Part shown: positions 37,196 to 47,200 of the stretch, one piece after another
Position numbering within the stretch: position 1 is the stretch's first letter
How the letters are laid out: every line of letters starts with the position of its first letter
Assembly: GCA_963728745.1 (NCBI GenBank)
Contig: CAVSKY010000006.1
Location: 389,015-453,014, forward strand
Length of the DNA stretch: 64,000 nt
Direction of reading: 5' to 3'
Source: an uncultured Chloroflexia bacterium
GTDB taxonomy: Bacteria > Chloroflexota > Limnocylindria > Limnocylindrales > CSP1-4
Position numbers and translations under genes: made by a program
The notes under the pieces: generated by a model
Told to the model about the DNA's origin: nothing
The model's database searches: none
The model's input: only the letters and a program-made list of their open reading frames with translations

Positions 37196-38107
37196 GTGCT
37201 GCGGCCTGACGCCACCCTCGAGATCGCCCTGGACGGGCCGCTCGACCTCATCGCATCGCTCGGCCCGCTCGTGCGCGGCAACGGCGATCGGACGATCCGA
37301 CTGACGTCGAAACGGGCGTGGCTGGCAACACGGACGCCGGCTGGGACGGCGACGCTCGGGCTCACGGTGACGGGTGGCGGTGTGACCGCCGAGGCGTGGG
37401 GAGCCGGGGCGGACCACGTCCTTGACCGGGTCCCGGCGCTGTTCGCTGACGGCACGGAGCGACTGGTGGACGCGGCAGACCCACGGATCGCGGACCTCGC
37501 CCATCGGCGCCCAGGCGTCCGCGTCCTGCGGACCGGTGCCGTCCTCGAATCGCTGGTGCCGGCGATCCTCGAGCAGAAGGTCACGGGCACCGAGGCACAT
37601 CGCGCGTGGCATGCCCTGGTCCGCCGGTACGGCGAACCGGCGCCCGGGCCGCAGGAGCTCGGCCTGCGCGTCATGCCCGCGCCGGCGACGTTGGCCGCCA
37701 TGCCGTACTGGACCTACCACGAGTTCGGGGTCGAGCGTCGGCGGGCCGACCTGATCCGTGCGATCGCCAGCCGCGCGGCGACGTTCGAGGCCATCGTCGG
37801 CATGCCGTTCGACGACGGCTATCGGCGGCTGCGGGCCATCCCCGGCATCGGGCCGTGGACCGCGGCCGAAGTCGGTGTCCGGGCGCTCGGCGACGTGGAC
37901 GCGGTGAGCGTCGGCGACTTCCACCTGCCGCATCTCGTTGCGTTCGCGCTCGCCGGTGAGCCGCGTGCCACCGACACCCGGATGCTCGAGCTGCTCGAGC
38001 CGTACCGCGGGCGGCGCGCGCTGGTGGTCCGATTGCTGGAGCTCAGCGGCGTGCGCGCGCCGCGCTACGGTCCGCGGCTCGCGCCGCGCCGGATCGAAGG
38101 GATCTGA
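37196..38107 (+). CDS. DNA-3-methyladenine glycosylase II-like (AlkA, HhH-GPD family)
   Basis: HhH-GPD region IPGIGPWTAAEVGVRALGDVDAVSVGD, with the catalytic Asp context. Confidence 0.7.
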   Translation: MLRPDATLEIALDGPLDLIASLGPLVRGNGDRTIRLTSKRAWLATRTPAGTATLGLTVTGGGVTAEAWGAGADHVLDRVPALFADGTERLVDAADPRIADLAHRRPGVRVLRTGAVLESLVPAILEQKVTGTEAHRAWHALVRRYGEPAPGPQELGLRVMPAPATLAAMPYWTYHEFGVERRRADLIRAIASRAATFEAIVGMPFDDGYRRLRAIPGIGPWTAAEVGVRALGDVDAVSVGDFHLPHLVAFALAGEPRATDTRMLELLEPYRGRRALVVRLLELSGVRAPRYGPRLAPRRIEGI

Positions 38108-38109
38108 CG

Positions 38110-38454
38110 ATGCCCAAGTTCGAGAAGTCAGCACCCGAGCTCGTCGCCCGGTTCGACGAGGCCGCGGCCCGCTTCCCGGAGGCCGAGCGACGCAAGATGT
38201 TTGGGTACCCGGCGCTGTTCGTCGGTGGGAACCTCATCACCGGGCTGTTCGCACAGTCATGGATGATCCGGCTGGGCGATGAGGATCGGGCGGCCCTGCA
38301 GGCGCTGCCCGGCGCCGGCCCGTTCGAGCCGATGCCGGGCAAGCCGATGAAGGGCTATGCCGTTCTGCCGGGCGACGTCGTCGCCGACGACGCGCAGCTC
38401 GACGACTGGGTTCGTCGTGCGATCGCGTTCGGACGATCGCTGCCGCCCAAATAG
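38110..38454 (+). CDS. TfoX N-terminal domain protein
   Basis: 114 aa. MFGYPALFVGGNLITG is typical of TfoX_N. Confidence 0.6.
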   Translation: MPKFEKSAPELVARFDEAAARFPEAERRKMFGYPALFVGGNLITGLFAQSWMIRLGDEDRAALQALPGAGPFEPMPGKPMKGYAVLPGDVVADDAQLDDWVRRAIAFGRSLPPK

Positions 38455-38463
38455 GCTCGCGTC

Positions 38464-39870
38464 TCAGCCGGTGGCTGCGGGCACGATGTTCTGGTTGCGG
38501 CGGAACAGGTTGGTCGGGTCGTAGCGGCGCTTGATGTCGGCCAGCCGCCGGTAGGTCCGCTCGGGGTACGCCTCGTGGATGCGCGCCTCGCCCTCGGCCT
38601 CGAGGAAGTTCGAGTACACGCCCATCGACCGCGGTCGCAGCGCCTCGTAATAGGCGTGCGTCCAGGCCGCGTGGATCGGCGCCTGGGTCACGTCCTCGAA
38701 CGGCGTGACGATCGTGACCATGACGGGCGCCGCGCGATGGGCGAACGCCGTCGCCTCGGCATCGACGCGTGCCATCGCGCCACCCAGGATGCGGATCTGG
38801 GTCATCGCGATAGGCGAGCTCGGGGCCGCCATCCGCTCGAGGATGGTGTCGACCGCCGCGTCGTCGAGCGTCTCGAGGAACAACGATCGGTGGGAGGCAG
38901 GGCTGCGCTGCTCGGCGTCCTTGAGCATCGCGTAGATGCCCGGGTACGGCATCGGCGCGATGAGTTCCGCCATCGGCGTGGCCAGCTGACGGAATGGCTC
39001 GAGGGCCGCCTGGCCGGCGGCGACATCGCCGTCGAAGACGAACATCACGGCGAGCGTCGGCTGGCCGTGGATCGCCTCGGGGATGAACGGGGCCGGCGGG
39101 GCCGGCATGAGGAACGAGATCGTCGTCAGGGCCTCAGGGGCGGCCGCGGCGACCGACTCCAGGCCACGCAGCACCTCGCGCGTCGGCGGCAGGAACAGCG
39201 CCCCGCCGAGGATCATCGAAACCGGGTACAGGCGGAACTGGAACCGTGTCACGACCCCGAAGTTGCCGCCGCCGCCGCGGACCGCCCAGAACAGGTCGGG
39301 ATGTTCGTGCTCGCTGGCGATGACGATCCGGCCGTCGGCTGTCACCAGCTCGACCGAGACGAGCGCGTCGATGGCCAGGCCGTACTTGCGCGCGAGCCAG
39401 CCGATGCCGCCACCGAGCGTCAGCCCGGCGATGCCGACACTGCCCGTGTCACCGAACGGCGTCGCGAGCCCGTGCTCAGCGGCCGCCGCGGTGTACTCGC
39501 CGGCGCGCAACCCGGCCTGTGCCCAGGCCAGCCGTCGGATGGGGTCGATGTGGAGGCCCTTCATCGTTCCGAGGTCGAGCACGATGCCACCCTCGCTGGT
39601 GCCGTAGCCGGCCACGCTGTGGGCGCCGCCCCGCACAGCCAGCTCGAGCCCGGTCTGTCGGGCGAACGTCACGGTCCTCGCGACGTCGACGGCCGATGCC
39701 GCCTGGACGATGCAGAGCGGATGCAGGTCGGTATTGGCGTGGTGGACCTGGCGGGCGAGCTCATAGCCCTCGTCCTCGGGGCGGATGACGGTACCGCTGA
39801 TGCCGGCGGCAAAGGCGGCGAGATCGTGCGGGGCGGTGGGGTCGAGGTCGGCGATACGGGCGAGGGCCAT
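38464..39870 (-). CDS. FAD-binding oxidoreductase (FAD_binding_4 / BBE-like)
   Basis: FAD-PCMH domain VRGGAHSVAGY..., GIAGLTLGGGIGWL and a BBE-like C-terminus. Confidence 0.8.
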   Translation of the reverse strand: MALARIADLDPTAPHDLAAFAAGISGTVIRPEDEGYELARQVHHANTDLHPLCIVQAASAVDVARTVTFARQTGLELAVRGGAHSVAGYGTSEGGIVLDLGTMKGLHIDPIRRLAWAQAGLRAGEYTAAAAEHGLATPFGDTGSVGIAGLTLGGGIGWLARKYGLAIDALVSVELVTADGRIVIASEHEHPDLFWAVRGGGGNFGVVTRFQFRLYPVSMILGGALFLPPTREVLRGLESVAAAAPEALTTISFLMPAPPAPFIPEAIHGQPTLAVMFVFDGDVAAGQAALEPFRQLATPMAELIAPMPYPGIYAMLKDAEQRSPASHRSLFLETLDDAAVDTILERMAAPSSPIAMTQIRILGGAMARVDAEATAFAHRAAPVMVTIVTPFEDVTQAPIHAAWTHAYYEALRPRSMGVYSNFLEAEGEARIHEAYPERTYRRLADIKRRYDPTNLFRRNQNIVPAATG

Positions 39871-40071
39871 CGGTCTTCCTTTCGCGTGTCGGCGAACGCA
39901 GGTGATCTGGGGGTGACGCGATGGTCGAGCCCCAGCCGGGGCGACACAGCGGGCAAGGGTCGGCCTGGCGTGACTGTCGGATGACGAGGCCGATACGACG
40001 GATGACGATGCGGATGCCGCCGCGGCCGGCCGCTACACTGGCGCCTCCAAACCCGTAGCGCTGCACATCCT

Positions 40072-41145
40072 GTGGGACACCCTCGACGACTTCACCGGCT
40101 CGGCCACCGGCGCGAACGTGGCATGCCAGCGGACCCGTTTCAGGATGTCGACGGCCCGCTGCGAGGCGCGATCCTGCGGGGGGCCGCCGGGCAGCACCCG
40201 GAGACCTCGACCCGAGTCACGAACGTGCCCGCGATGCGCCTCGAGGCCGGCACCCGCTACTTCGAGCGCGATACGGCGGTCGCGATCTTCGTCGCCCACC
40301 ACTTCCCGACGATCGGATGGCACGAGCACGACTTCTACGAGCTCGCCGTCGTCGCGACCGGGCGGGGCCTGCACGAGAGCGACCACGGGGTCATCCCGGT
40401 CGAGGCAGGCAGCGTTGTCTTCATGCCGCCGGGGGTGGGCCACGAGTACCGAGCCTGCGAGGACCTCATCGTCTACAACTGCCTGTTTCGGGCGGACCTC
40501 GACGAATCCGAGCTCATGTGGGCTTTCCGCGACGGGCACCTCGGCGTCCTTTTCAACCCCGATAACCAGTCGAGCAGCCGATCGCGCCGGCCGCCCGTGG
40601 TGGTGCAGCTCGACGACGACGAACTCCGGGCCGTGCTCGCCGCACTTGAGCCCATCCGCAGTGGGACGCCGGACGCCCACACTCGTACCGGCCAGCTCGC
40701 ACACCTGCTGCTGGCCCTGGACGTGGTGGCCAGCGCGCGTCGGGCGAGCGATCCGACCGACCGACGATCCACGGCCCCGGCCGTCGTCGCAGCGGCGCTC
40801 GAGGTGATGTCGCGCGACGTTGCCCACCCGTGGACCCTCGATGAGCTGAGCCGGCGGACGTACGTCGGCCAATTCCACCTGTCACGAACCTTCGCCAGGT
40901 ATGTCGGATCGCCCCCGATGCACTATCTCGCGCGCCTCCGCGCGGAGCGCGCCGCGGCGATGCTCACATCGACCGACCTACCGATCGCCTCCATCGGGGC
41001 GGCAGTCGGGTGGACTGACCCTCCCTACTTCTCACGACGGTTTCGAGCGGCGTTCGGTATCAGCCCGCGCGTCTATCGCACACGTCATCGACAGGAGGCG
41101 GGCAGGCGCCAGCCAGCCCACGAGCCAGCCACGCCTTCGCAATGA
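40072..41145 (+). CDS. AraC-family transcriptional regulator with N-terminal cupin
   Basis: The N-terminal half is cupin-like (HEHDFYEL...GHEY). The C-terminus has tandem AraC HTHs (LSRTFARYVGSPPMHYL, YFSRRFRAAFGISP). The start is uncertain, with 40123 as an alternative. Confidence 0.75.
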   Translation: MGHPRRLHRLGHRRERGMPADPFQDVDGPLRGAILRGAAGQHPETSTRVTNVPAMRLEAGTRYFERDTAVAIFVAHHFPTIGWHEHDFYELAVVATGRGLHESDHGVIPVEAGSVVFMPPGVGHEYRACEDLIVYNCLFRADLDESELMWAFRDGHLGVLFNPDNQSSSRSRRPPVVVQLDDDELRAVLAALEPIRSGTPDAHTRTGQLAHLLLALDVVASARRASDPTDRRSTAPAVVAAALEVMSRDVAHPWTLDELSRRTYVGQFHLSRTFARYVGSPPMHYLARLRAERAAAMLTSTDLPIASIGAAVGWTDPPYFSRRFRAAFGISPRVYRTRHRQEAGRRQPAHEPATPSQ

Positions 41146-41268
41146 CGTCCAAGAACAAGTCAACAGAGGTCAAGTCCGTCCACCTCGAGTGAGCCATCGT
41201 GACCTGACCGGCCCCTCGCCTATCGGCGCCCCGGCGAGTGGCCGGATCGGGTTACGAGGAGGCTTTCC

Positions 41269-42630
41269 ATGCGTTCCTTTGATCTAAGACGGGCCTCCGT
41301 CCTCGTGGTGATCGCTGCGTTCGTCGCTTCGGCGTGCAGCGGCGGCTTCGGGGGTGGGAGCGCTGCACCACCAGCGGCGAGCGCGGCCGCCAGCGAAGCC
41401 GCACCGTCGGCAAGCGAGGCCGCCGAGCCGGTCACGCTGACCTACCTGGTGGACGACACTGAGGCGACGCAGGCGCGGGCACAGGCCCTCGCCGACGCGT
41501 ACACGGCCAAGCATCCGAACGTCACGTTCGACATCGAGACCCGGCCGGGTGGCACGGACGGCGACAACATCGTCAAGACGCGGCTCTCGACGGGCGAGAT
41601 GACGGACATCTTCTGGTACAACTCGGGCTCACTGCTCCAGGCATTGAACCCGTCAGAGACGCTCGTCGACATCTCCGGCGAGCCGTACATCGCCAACATC
41701 GAGGAGTCCTACCTGCCGACCGTGTCGCAGGGCGGCGCGATCTTCGGCGTGCCCAGCGAAACCGCGATGGGCGGCGGCATCCTCTACAACAAGAAGGTGT
41801 TCGCCGATCAGGGTCTGCAGGTCCCCAAGTCATGGTCCGAGTTCGGCGCGAACAACGACAAGCTCAAGGCCGCCGGCATCGCGCCGATCGGGGCGACCTA
41901 TGCCGACACCTGGACGTCGCAGCTGTTCGTCCTGGCAGACTTCTACAACGTGCAGCAGGCCGTCCCCGACTTTGCCGAGCAATACACCGCCAACAAGGTC
42001 CACTACTCGGACACGCCGGCGGCCCTGGCCGGCTTCAAGCGCCTCCAGGAGGGCTTCGAGAAGGGCTGGTACCAGAAGGACTTCGGCGCCGCCAAGCTCG
42101 ATGACGGGCTCAACGCGCTCGCCGAGGGCACGATCGCGCAGTACCCGATGTTGACGTTCACGCTCGGCACGATCAACGAGAACCACCCGGAAGCGATCCA
42201 GGACATCGGCTTCTTCGGCCAGCCGGGTGATGATGCGGCCAAGAACGGCGCCACGATCTGGATGCCCGCCGCGACCTACATCGCGAAGTCCAGCGAGAAC
42301 CAGGATGTGGCCAAGGATTTCCTCGGCTTCATCGCCTCCGTCGAGGGGACCGAGGTCCTGACCGCGGCGATCGCACCGTCCGGCCCGTACGTGATCAACG
42401 GCTCGAAGCTGCCCGATGACGCGCTGCCGGCGGTGAAGGACATCCAGACATACCTTGACAGCGACACGGCGGGGCCGGCCCTGGAATTCCTGTCGCCGGT
42501 GAAGGGTCCCTCGCTGGAGAACATCACGGTCGCCGTGGGCTCCGGGCTGAACTCGGCCGAAGAGGGTGCCACGTTGTACGACCAGGACGTCGAGAAGCAA
42601 GCGAAGCAGCTCGGCCTCCCGGGCTGGTAA
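41269..42630 (+). CDS. Sugar ABC transporter substrate-binding lipoprotein (SBP family 1)
   Basis: RBS GAGGAGG. The lipobox is VASACSG. 453 aa, typical of extracellular solute-binding proteins. Confidence 0.8.
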   Translation: MRSFDLRRASVLVVIAAFVASACSGGFGGGSAAPPAASAAASEAAPSASEAAEPVTLTYLVDDTEATQARAQALADAYTAKHPNVTFDIETRPGGTDGDNIVKTRLSTGEMTDIFWYNSGSLLQALNPSETLVDISGEPYIANIEESYLPTVSQGGAIFGVPSETAMGGGILYNKKVFADQGLQVPKSWSEFGANNDKLKAAGIAPIGATYADTWTSQLFVLADFYNVQQAVPDFAEQYTANKVHYSDTPAALAGFKRLQEGFEKGWYQKDFGAAKLDDGLNALAEGTIAQYPMLTFTLGTINENHPEAIQDIGFFGQPGDDAAKNGATIWMPAATYIAKSSENQDVAKDFLGFIASVEGTEVLTAAIAPSGPYVINGSKLPDDALPAVKDIQTYLDSDTAGPALEFLSPVKGPSLENITVAVGSGLNSAEEGATLYDQDVEKQAKQLGLPGW

Positions 42631-42639
42631 GCCGGCGGC

Positions 42640-43614
42640 GTGGGCGTACTCCGCACGGAGCACGACCAGGGAGTCGATCCAGCAGGGTCGACTCCCGCCG
42701 CCACTCTCGTCGCGCGGCGGTCGGACGACTCCATCGCCGGCCGTCGCCTTAGCTCCGTCTCGGCGCTCGGAGCCTATCCGTATTGGTTCTACCTGCCAGC
42801 GGCGATCGTCTTCGGCGTCATCTTCGTAGTGCCGACGCTCCTATCGTTCTACTACAGCCTGACCCGCTGGACCCTCTTCGATACGACGTTCATCGGGCTC
42901 GATAACTTCGCCCAGTTCATGCGCGAGCCGTCATTGACCAACGGGCTTCGCAACACGTTCGTGTATGCGTTCGTGACGAGCGCGCTGAAGGTCGTCGTCG
43001 GCCTGTCGCTGGCGGTCCTGCTAACGTCGAGCATCCGTACCCGGAACGCGCTTCGCGCGGTCGTGTTCTTCCCCGCGCTCGTCAGCACGGTCGCGGTCGG
43101 CATCACATTCGCGGTATTGATGCACCCGTCGCGCGGCCTCATCAACACCGCGCTCGCCGCGGTCGGGATCGACGGGCCGGCATGGCTCATCGATACGGAC
43201 ATCGCCCTCCTGTCGGTGGCGATGGTCGACGTCTGGAAGGGTGTCGGGATCGCCCTCGTGATCTTCATCGCCGGGATCCTGTCGATCCCGGAGGAGTACA
43301 CCGATGCCGTCCGGCTCGAGGGCGGCGCCTGGGTGCGGTTCCGGCACGTCATCGTGCCCCTGAGCCGGAATGCGACGTTCGCCGTGATCCTGCTCTCCTT
43401 CATCAGCGGCTTGCGCACGTTCGATCTCATCTGGACGATGACGCGTGGGGGACCGGGCTTCACCACCGACGTCCTCACATCGACGATCTACAAGCAGTAC
43501 CAGGCGGGCTTCTACGGCCTGGCCACGGCAGGGAACGTGATCCTGTTCATCGCGGTCACGGCGCTCGTCTATCCCCTCCAGCGCTTCCTCTCCAAACGGG
43601 AGATCGAGCTATGA
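42640..43614 (+). CDS. Sugar ABC transporter permease (MalF/UgpA type)
   Basis: 6 TM helices and the EAA loop region GGAWVRFRHVIVPL. The start is uncertain. Confidence 0.75.
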   Translation: MGVLRTEHDQGVDPAGSTPAATLVARRSDDSIAGRRLSSVSALGAYPYWFYLPAAIVFGVIFVVPTLLSFYYSLTRWTLFDTTFIGLDNFAQFMREPSLTNGLRNTFVYAFVTSALKVVVGLSLAVLLTSSIRTRNALRAVVFFPALVSTVAVGITFAVLMHPSRGLINTALAAVGIDGPAWLIDTDIALLSVAMVDVWKGVGIALVIFIAGILSIPEEYTDAVRLEGGAWVRFRHVIVPLSRNATFAVILLSFISGLRTFDLIWTMTRGGPGFTTDVLTSTIYKQYQAGFYGLATAGNVILFIAVTALVYPLQRFLSKREIEL

Positions 43615-44447
43615 GGATCGCCCGGTTCATCCGTAGCTGGTCGCTGGATGTCGTCGCGTGGGTCGTGGCCGGCATCGTGTTCGTCGTGCCGTTCGTGTTC
43701 ATCGTCTTCACCGCGGCGAAGGACCGGGCCACAGCGTCACGGCTCGAATTCACCCCTCCCAGGGAGTGGCAACTGGTCCAGAACCTCCTCGACGTCGTCG
43801 GATTCCGTAACGACCTGATGGTCACGGCCCTGCGCAACAGCCTGATCCTGACCGTCCTGTCGGTGACGCTCATCGTGCTGTTCGCGGCGATGGTCGGGTT
43901 CGTGCTGCAGCGCCGTCGCGATCGCATGGCGCGCGTCGTCAGTGCGCTGGTGCTGGCCGGGTTGATCATCCCGCCGGCGGTGGTCCCGACGATCTACGTG
44001 TTGCAAACGATCGGCCTGTTCAAGACCTTGATCGGCCTCACGCTCGTCGAGGTCGCGTTCCTGCTCCCGTTCTCCGTACTGATCTTCCGGGCCTTCGTCG
44101 CGAGCATCCCGCGCGAGCTCGATGAGGCGGCGATCATCGACGGCGCGACCCCGATCCGGCTGTTCGTCCACGTCATCTTCCCGCTGCTCCGGCCGGCGGT
44201 GATCACGGTGATCGTCGTAGCCTCGGTCGCGATCTACAACGACTTCGTGAATCCGCTCTACTTCCTGCCGGGCAACGAGAATGCGACCGCCCAATTGACG
44301 CTGTTCGCGTTCCAGAGCCAGTTCAACACCCGCTGGAACCTGCTGTTCGCCGACGTCCTGCTCATCACGATCCCGCCGCTGATCATGTTCATCTTCTTCC
44401 AGCGCCAGATCGTGTCCGGCATGGCGGCAGGGGCGGTCAAGGGATGA
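43611..44447 (+). CDS. Sugar ABC transporter permease (MalG/UgpE type)
   Basis: ATGA overlap with the previous gene. EAA motif DEAAIIDGATPIRLFVHVIFPL. Confidence 0.8.
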   Translation: MRIARFIRSWSLDVVAWVVAGIVFVVPFVFIVFTAAKDRATASRLEFTPPREWQLVQNLLDVVGFRNDLMVTALRNSLILTVLSVTLIVLFAAMVGFVLQRRRDRMARVVSALVLAGLIIPPAVVPTIYVLQTIGLFKTLIGLTLVEVAFLLPFSVLIFRAFVASIPRELDEAAIIDGATPIRLFVHVIFPLLRPAVITVIVVASVAIYNDFVNPLYFLPGNENATAQLTLFAFQSQFNTRWNLLFADVLLITIPPLIMFIFFQRQIVSGMAAGAVKG

Positions 44448-47155
44448 CCCTCCGTGTCGAGCGGCTCCGCTGCCAGGTGCCCGACGGCGTCCTTGCGATC
44501 GGTACCGAGCCGGTGCGCCTGTCGTGGCAGCTCGTGGGCGCGACGCCCCATGCTGTGGCGGACGCGAGGCAGGTCGGCTATCGAGTCGACGTCGCCGCCT
44601 CGCCGACGTTCGGCGAGCTGCTCGCGACGTCTGGGGACGTCGACGGGGACGAGCAGGTCGCGGTGACCGCGCCCGGTGGGTCGCTCGGCAGCCGCGAGGT
44701 TCGCCACATCCGCGTCCGCGTGCGCGATCGGGAGGGCTGGTCGGGTTGGAGCGAGTCGCTGCGAGTCGAGGCGGGTCTGCTTCGGCCCGACGACTGGCTC
44801 GCCGCAGCCATCACGCTGCCCGATGATCCGGGTGACCAGGGCCAGTCACCGGCGCCACTGGTACGCCGCGAATTTGACGTGTCTGGATCGATCGCGCGCG
44901 CACGGCTACATGTCAGCGCGCTCGGGCTGCACCACGTCAGGATCAACGGCTGGGCGGTGTCGGAGGACCTGCTCGAACCGGGCTGGACCACCTACCACCA
45001 CCGCCTCCTCGCCGACACGTACGACGTGACTGCCCTGCTGCGGCCGGGGCGAAACGCGATCGCGGCCAGTATCGGCGATGGCTGGTATCGCGGGCGCCTC
45101 GGCTGGCTCCCGGCTCGCGAGCGGTGCCGCTACGGCGACCAGGTCGGGCTCATCGCCCAGCTCGAGATCGAGCGCAGCGACGGCAAGCGGACCATCATCG
45201 CGACGGACGGCGACTGGCGAGCGTCGATCGGCGAGATCCGATCGGCTGACCTATATGACGGGAGCCACGTCGACCTGCGCAAGCGTCAGGTCGGCTGGGA
45301 CGCGCCGGGTTTCGACGATGGGGCGTGGCTCCCTGTCGACACGGTCCCGTTCGATGCCGGCACCCTGGAGATGCGCATGGCGCCACCGGTCCGGGTCGTA
45401 AAGCGGCTGGGGATCGATCCGACCCAGCGCGACGACGGGCGCTGGATGCTCGACGGCGGCCAGAACGTGTCTGGCTGGGTCAGGCTCACGGTGCGTGGTC
45501 GATCCGGGGACACAGTGACGGTCCGCCATGCCGAAGTCCTGGAGCCCGACGGTTCGCTCCACACGCGGTCACTGCGCACTGCCCGGGCGACCGACACGTA
45601 CGTCCTTGCCGACGATGAGGCGGCCATCCTGGAGCCAGCCTTCACGTTCCATGGCTTTCGCTACGCCGAGGTGGAGACGACCGCCGAGCTGCTCGAGGCC
45701 CAGGTCGTGGCGATCAGCAGCGACACCCCGCGGCGGGGCACCTTCGCGTGTTCGCACGACGCGTTGAACCAGCTCCATGAGAACGTGCTGTGGTCGCAGC
45801 GCGACAACTTCGTCTCGGTGCCGACGGACTGTCCGCAACGCGACGAGCGGCTCGGCTGGACCGGGGACGCGCAGGCCTTCGCGAACACCGCGTCGGTGCT
45901 GTTCGATGCGCATGCCTTCTGGCGGAGCTGGCTGCGCGACCTGGCCCTCGACCAGGACCCGAAGCTGGGCGTCTCGACGGTCGTACCCGACGTCGTCATC
46001 GCCGGGGAGCCGCGCTACGGACGCGCGGGCTGGGCCGACGCAGCGACGATCGTGCCATGGTCGGTGTACGAGGCGTACGGCGATCCGAGTGTGCTCGCCG
46101 ACCAGCGCGCCAGCATGGTGGCCTGGCTGGATTCACTGGTGGCGCGCCGCGGTCCCGACGGCCTGCTCCCACCATCGATGCAGTTCGGCGACTGGCTCGA
46201 CCCTGATGCGCCCTCCGACCGGCCGTGGGAAGCCAAGGCCGATTCCGACTACATCGCGAATGCCTTCCTGGTGCATAGCGCGCGACTGACGGCCGATGCA
46301 GCTCGACGCCTCGGCGACCCGGCACTCGAGACGCGTGCCCGGGACATCGCAGACGAGGTCGCGCCGCTGACGTGGGACCGCTGGCGGGCGCACGCCATCA
46401 CGACCCAGACGGGCTGCGCCATCGCCATCCTGCTCGGCGTCGCCCCGGAGGGCGAGCGCGCGAGCGTCGCAGGGACGCTCGCTCGCCTCGTGCGAGATGC
46501 CAACGGGCGGGTGGCGACCGGCTTCCTCGGCACGCCGCTGGTCCTGCCGGCGCTCGCGTCGTTCGGCCACTTCGACGAGTGCTACCAGATGCTGCTCCGG
46601 CGCGAGGACCCGTCCTGGCTCTACCAGGTCAGCCAGGGTGCCACGACCGTCTGGGAACGCTGGGACGCGATCCGGCCAGACGGTTCGATCCATCCCGGGA
46701 CGATGGCGCCGCCACCGGACATGACCGGTTCGAAGGAAGAGCACATGCTGTCCTTCAACCATTACGCGTACGGCGCGGTCATCGACTGGGTCTACCGGCA
46801 CCTCCCCGGGCTCGCACCCGACCGCGATCGTCCGGGCTACCGGCACGTGCTGTTCGCTCCCAAGCCGTGCGTCGGCATCGACTGGGCACGGGCGTCGGTC
46901 GACTCAGCGTACGGGCCGGTCGGGATCTCGTGGCGCCTCGCCGGTGACGAACTGACCGTCGAGATCGAGCTGCCGATCGGGACGACCGGCACCTTCGTAG
47001 CACCGATGACCTCGACGTCAAGCGTCGCGCTCGACGGTGCCCCAGCCGGCCGTCGCATCGATCTTGGGCCGGGTCGCCACGTCCTCCTCGTGACCGATCC
47101 GGCCCTGGCCGATCCGTCCGAGCATCGATCGAGCCGAGTGGCGGCGAGCGCCTGA
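44444..47155 (+). CDS. Alpha-L-rhamnosidase (GH78)
   Basis: 903 aa. The N-terminal rhamnosidase beta-sandwich (LRVERLRCQ...) and the six-hairpin catalytic region (DCPQRDERLGWTGD) are present. The start overlaps the permease stop. Confidence 0.8.
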   Translation: MTLRVERLRCQVPDGVLAIGTEPVRLSWQLVGATPHAVADARQVGYRVDVAASPTFGELLATSGDVDGDEQVAVTAPGGSLGSREVRHIRVRVRDREGWSGWSESLRVEAGLLRPDDWLAAAITLPDDPGDQGQSPAPLVRREFDVSGSIARARLHVSALGLHHVRINGWAVSEDLLEPGWTTYHHRLLADTYDVTALLRPGRNAIAASIGDGWYRGRLGWLPARERCRYGDQVGLIAQLEIERSDGKRTIIATDGDWRASIGEIRSADLYDGSHVDLRKRQVGWDAPGFDDGAWLPVDTVPFDAGTLEMRMAPPVRVVKRLGIDPTQRDDGRWMLDGGQNVSGWVRLTVRGRSGDTVTVRHAEVLEPDGSLHTRSLRTARATDTYVLADDEAAILEPAFTFHGFRYAEVETTAELLEAQVVAISSDTPRRGTFACSHDALNQLHENVLWSQRDNFVSVPTDCPQRDERLGWTGDAQAFANTASVLFDAHAFWRSWLRDLALDQDPKLGVSTVVPDVVIAGEPRYGRAGWADAATIVPWSVYEAYGDPSVLADQRASMVAWLDSLVARRGPDGLLPPSMQFGDWLDPDAPSDRPWEAKADSDYIANAFLVHSARLTADAARRLGDPALETRARDIADEVAPLTWDRWRAHAITTQTGCAIAILLGVAPEGERASVAGTLARLVRDANGRVATGFLGTPLVLPALASFGHFDECYQMLLRREDPSWLYQVSQGATTVWERWDAIRPDGSIHPGTMAPPPDMTGSKEEHMLSFNHYAYGAVIDWVYRHLPGLAPDRDRPGYRHVLFAPKPCVGIDWARASVDSAYGPVGISWRLAGDELTVEIELPIGTTGTFVAPMTSTSSVALDGAPAGRRIDLGPGRHVLLVTDPALADPSEHRSSRVAASA

Positions 47156-47200
47156 CGGCCTGGCATCGGCGGCCAGATCCGCGTCGGGCCGTCCCTGGGG

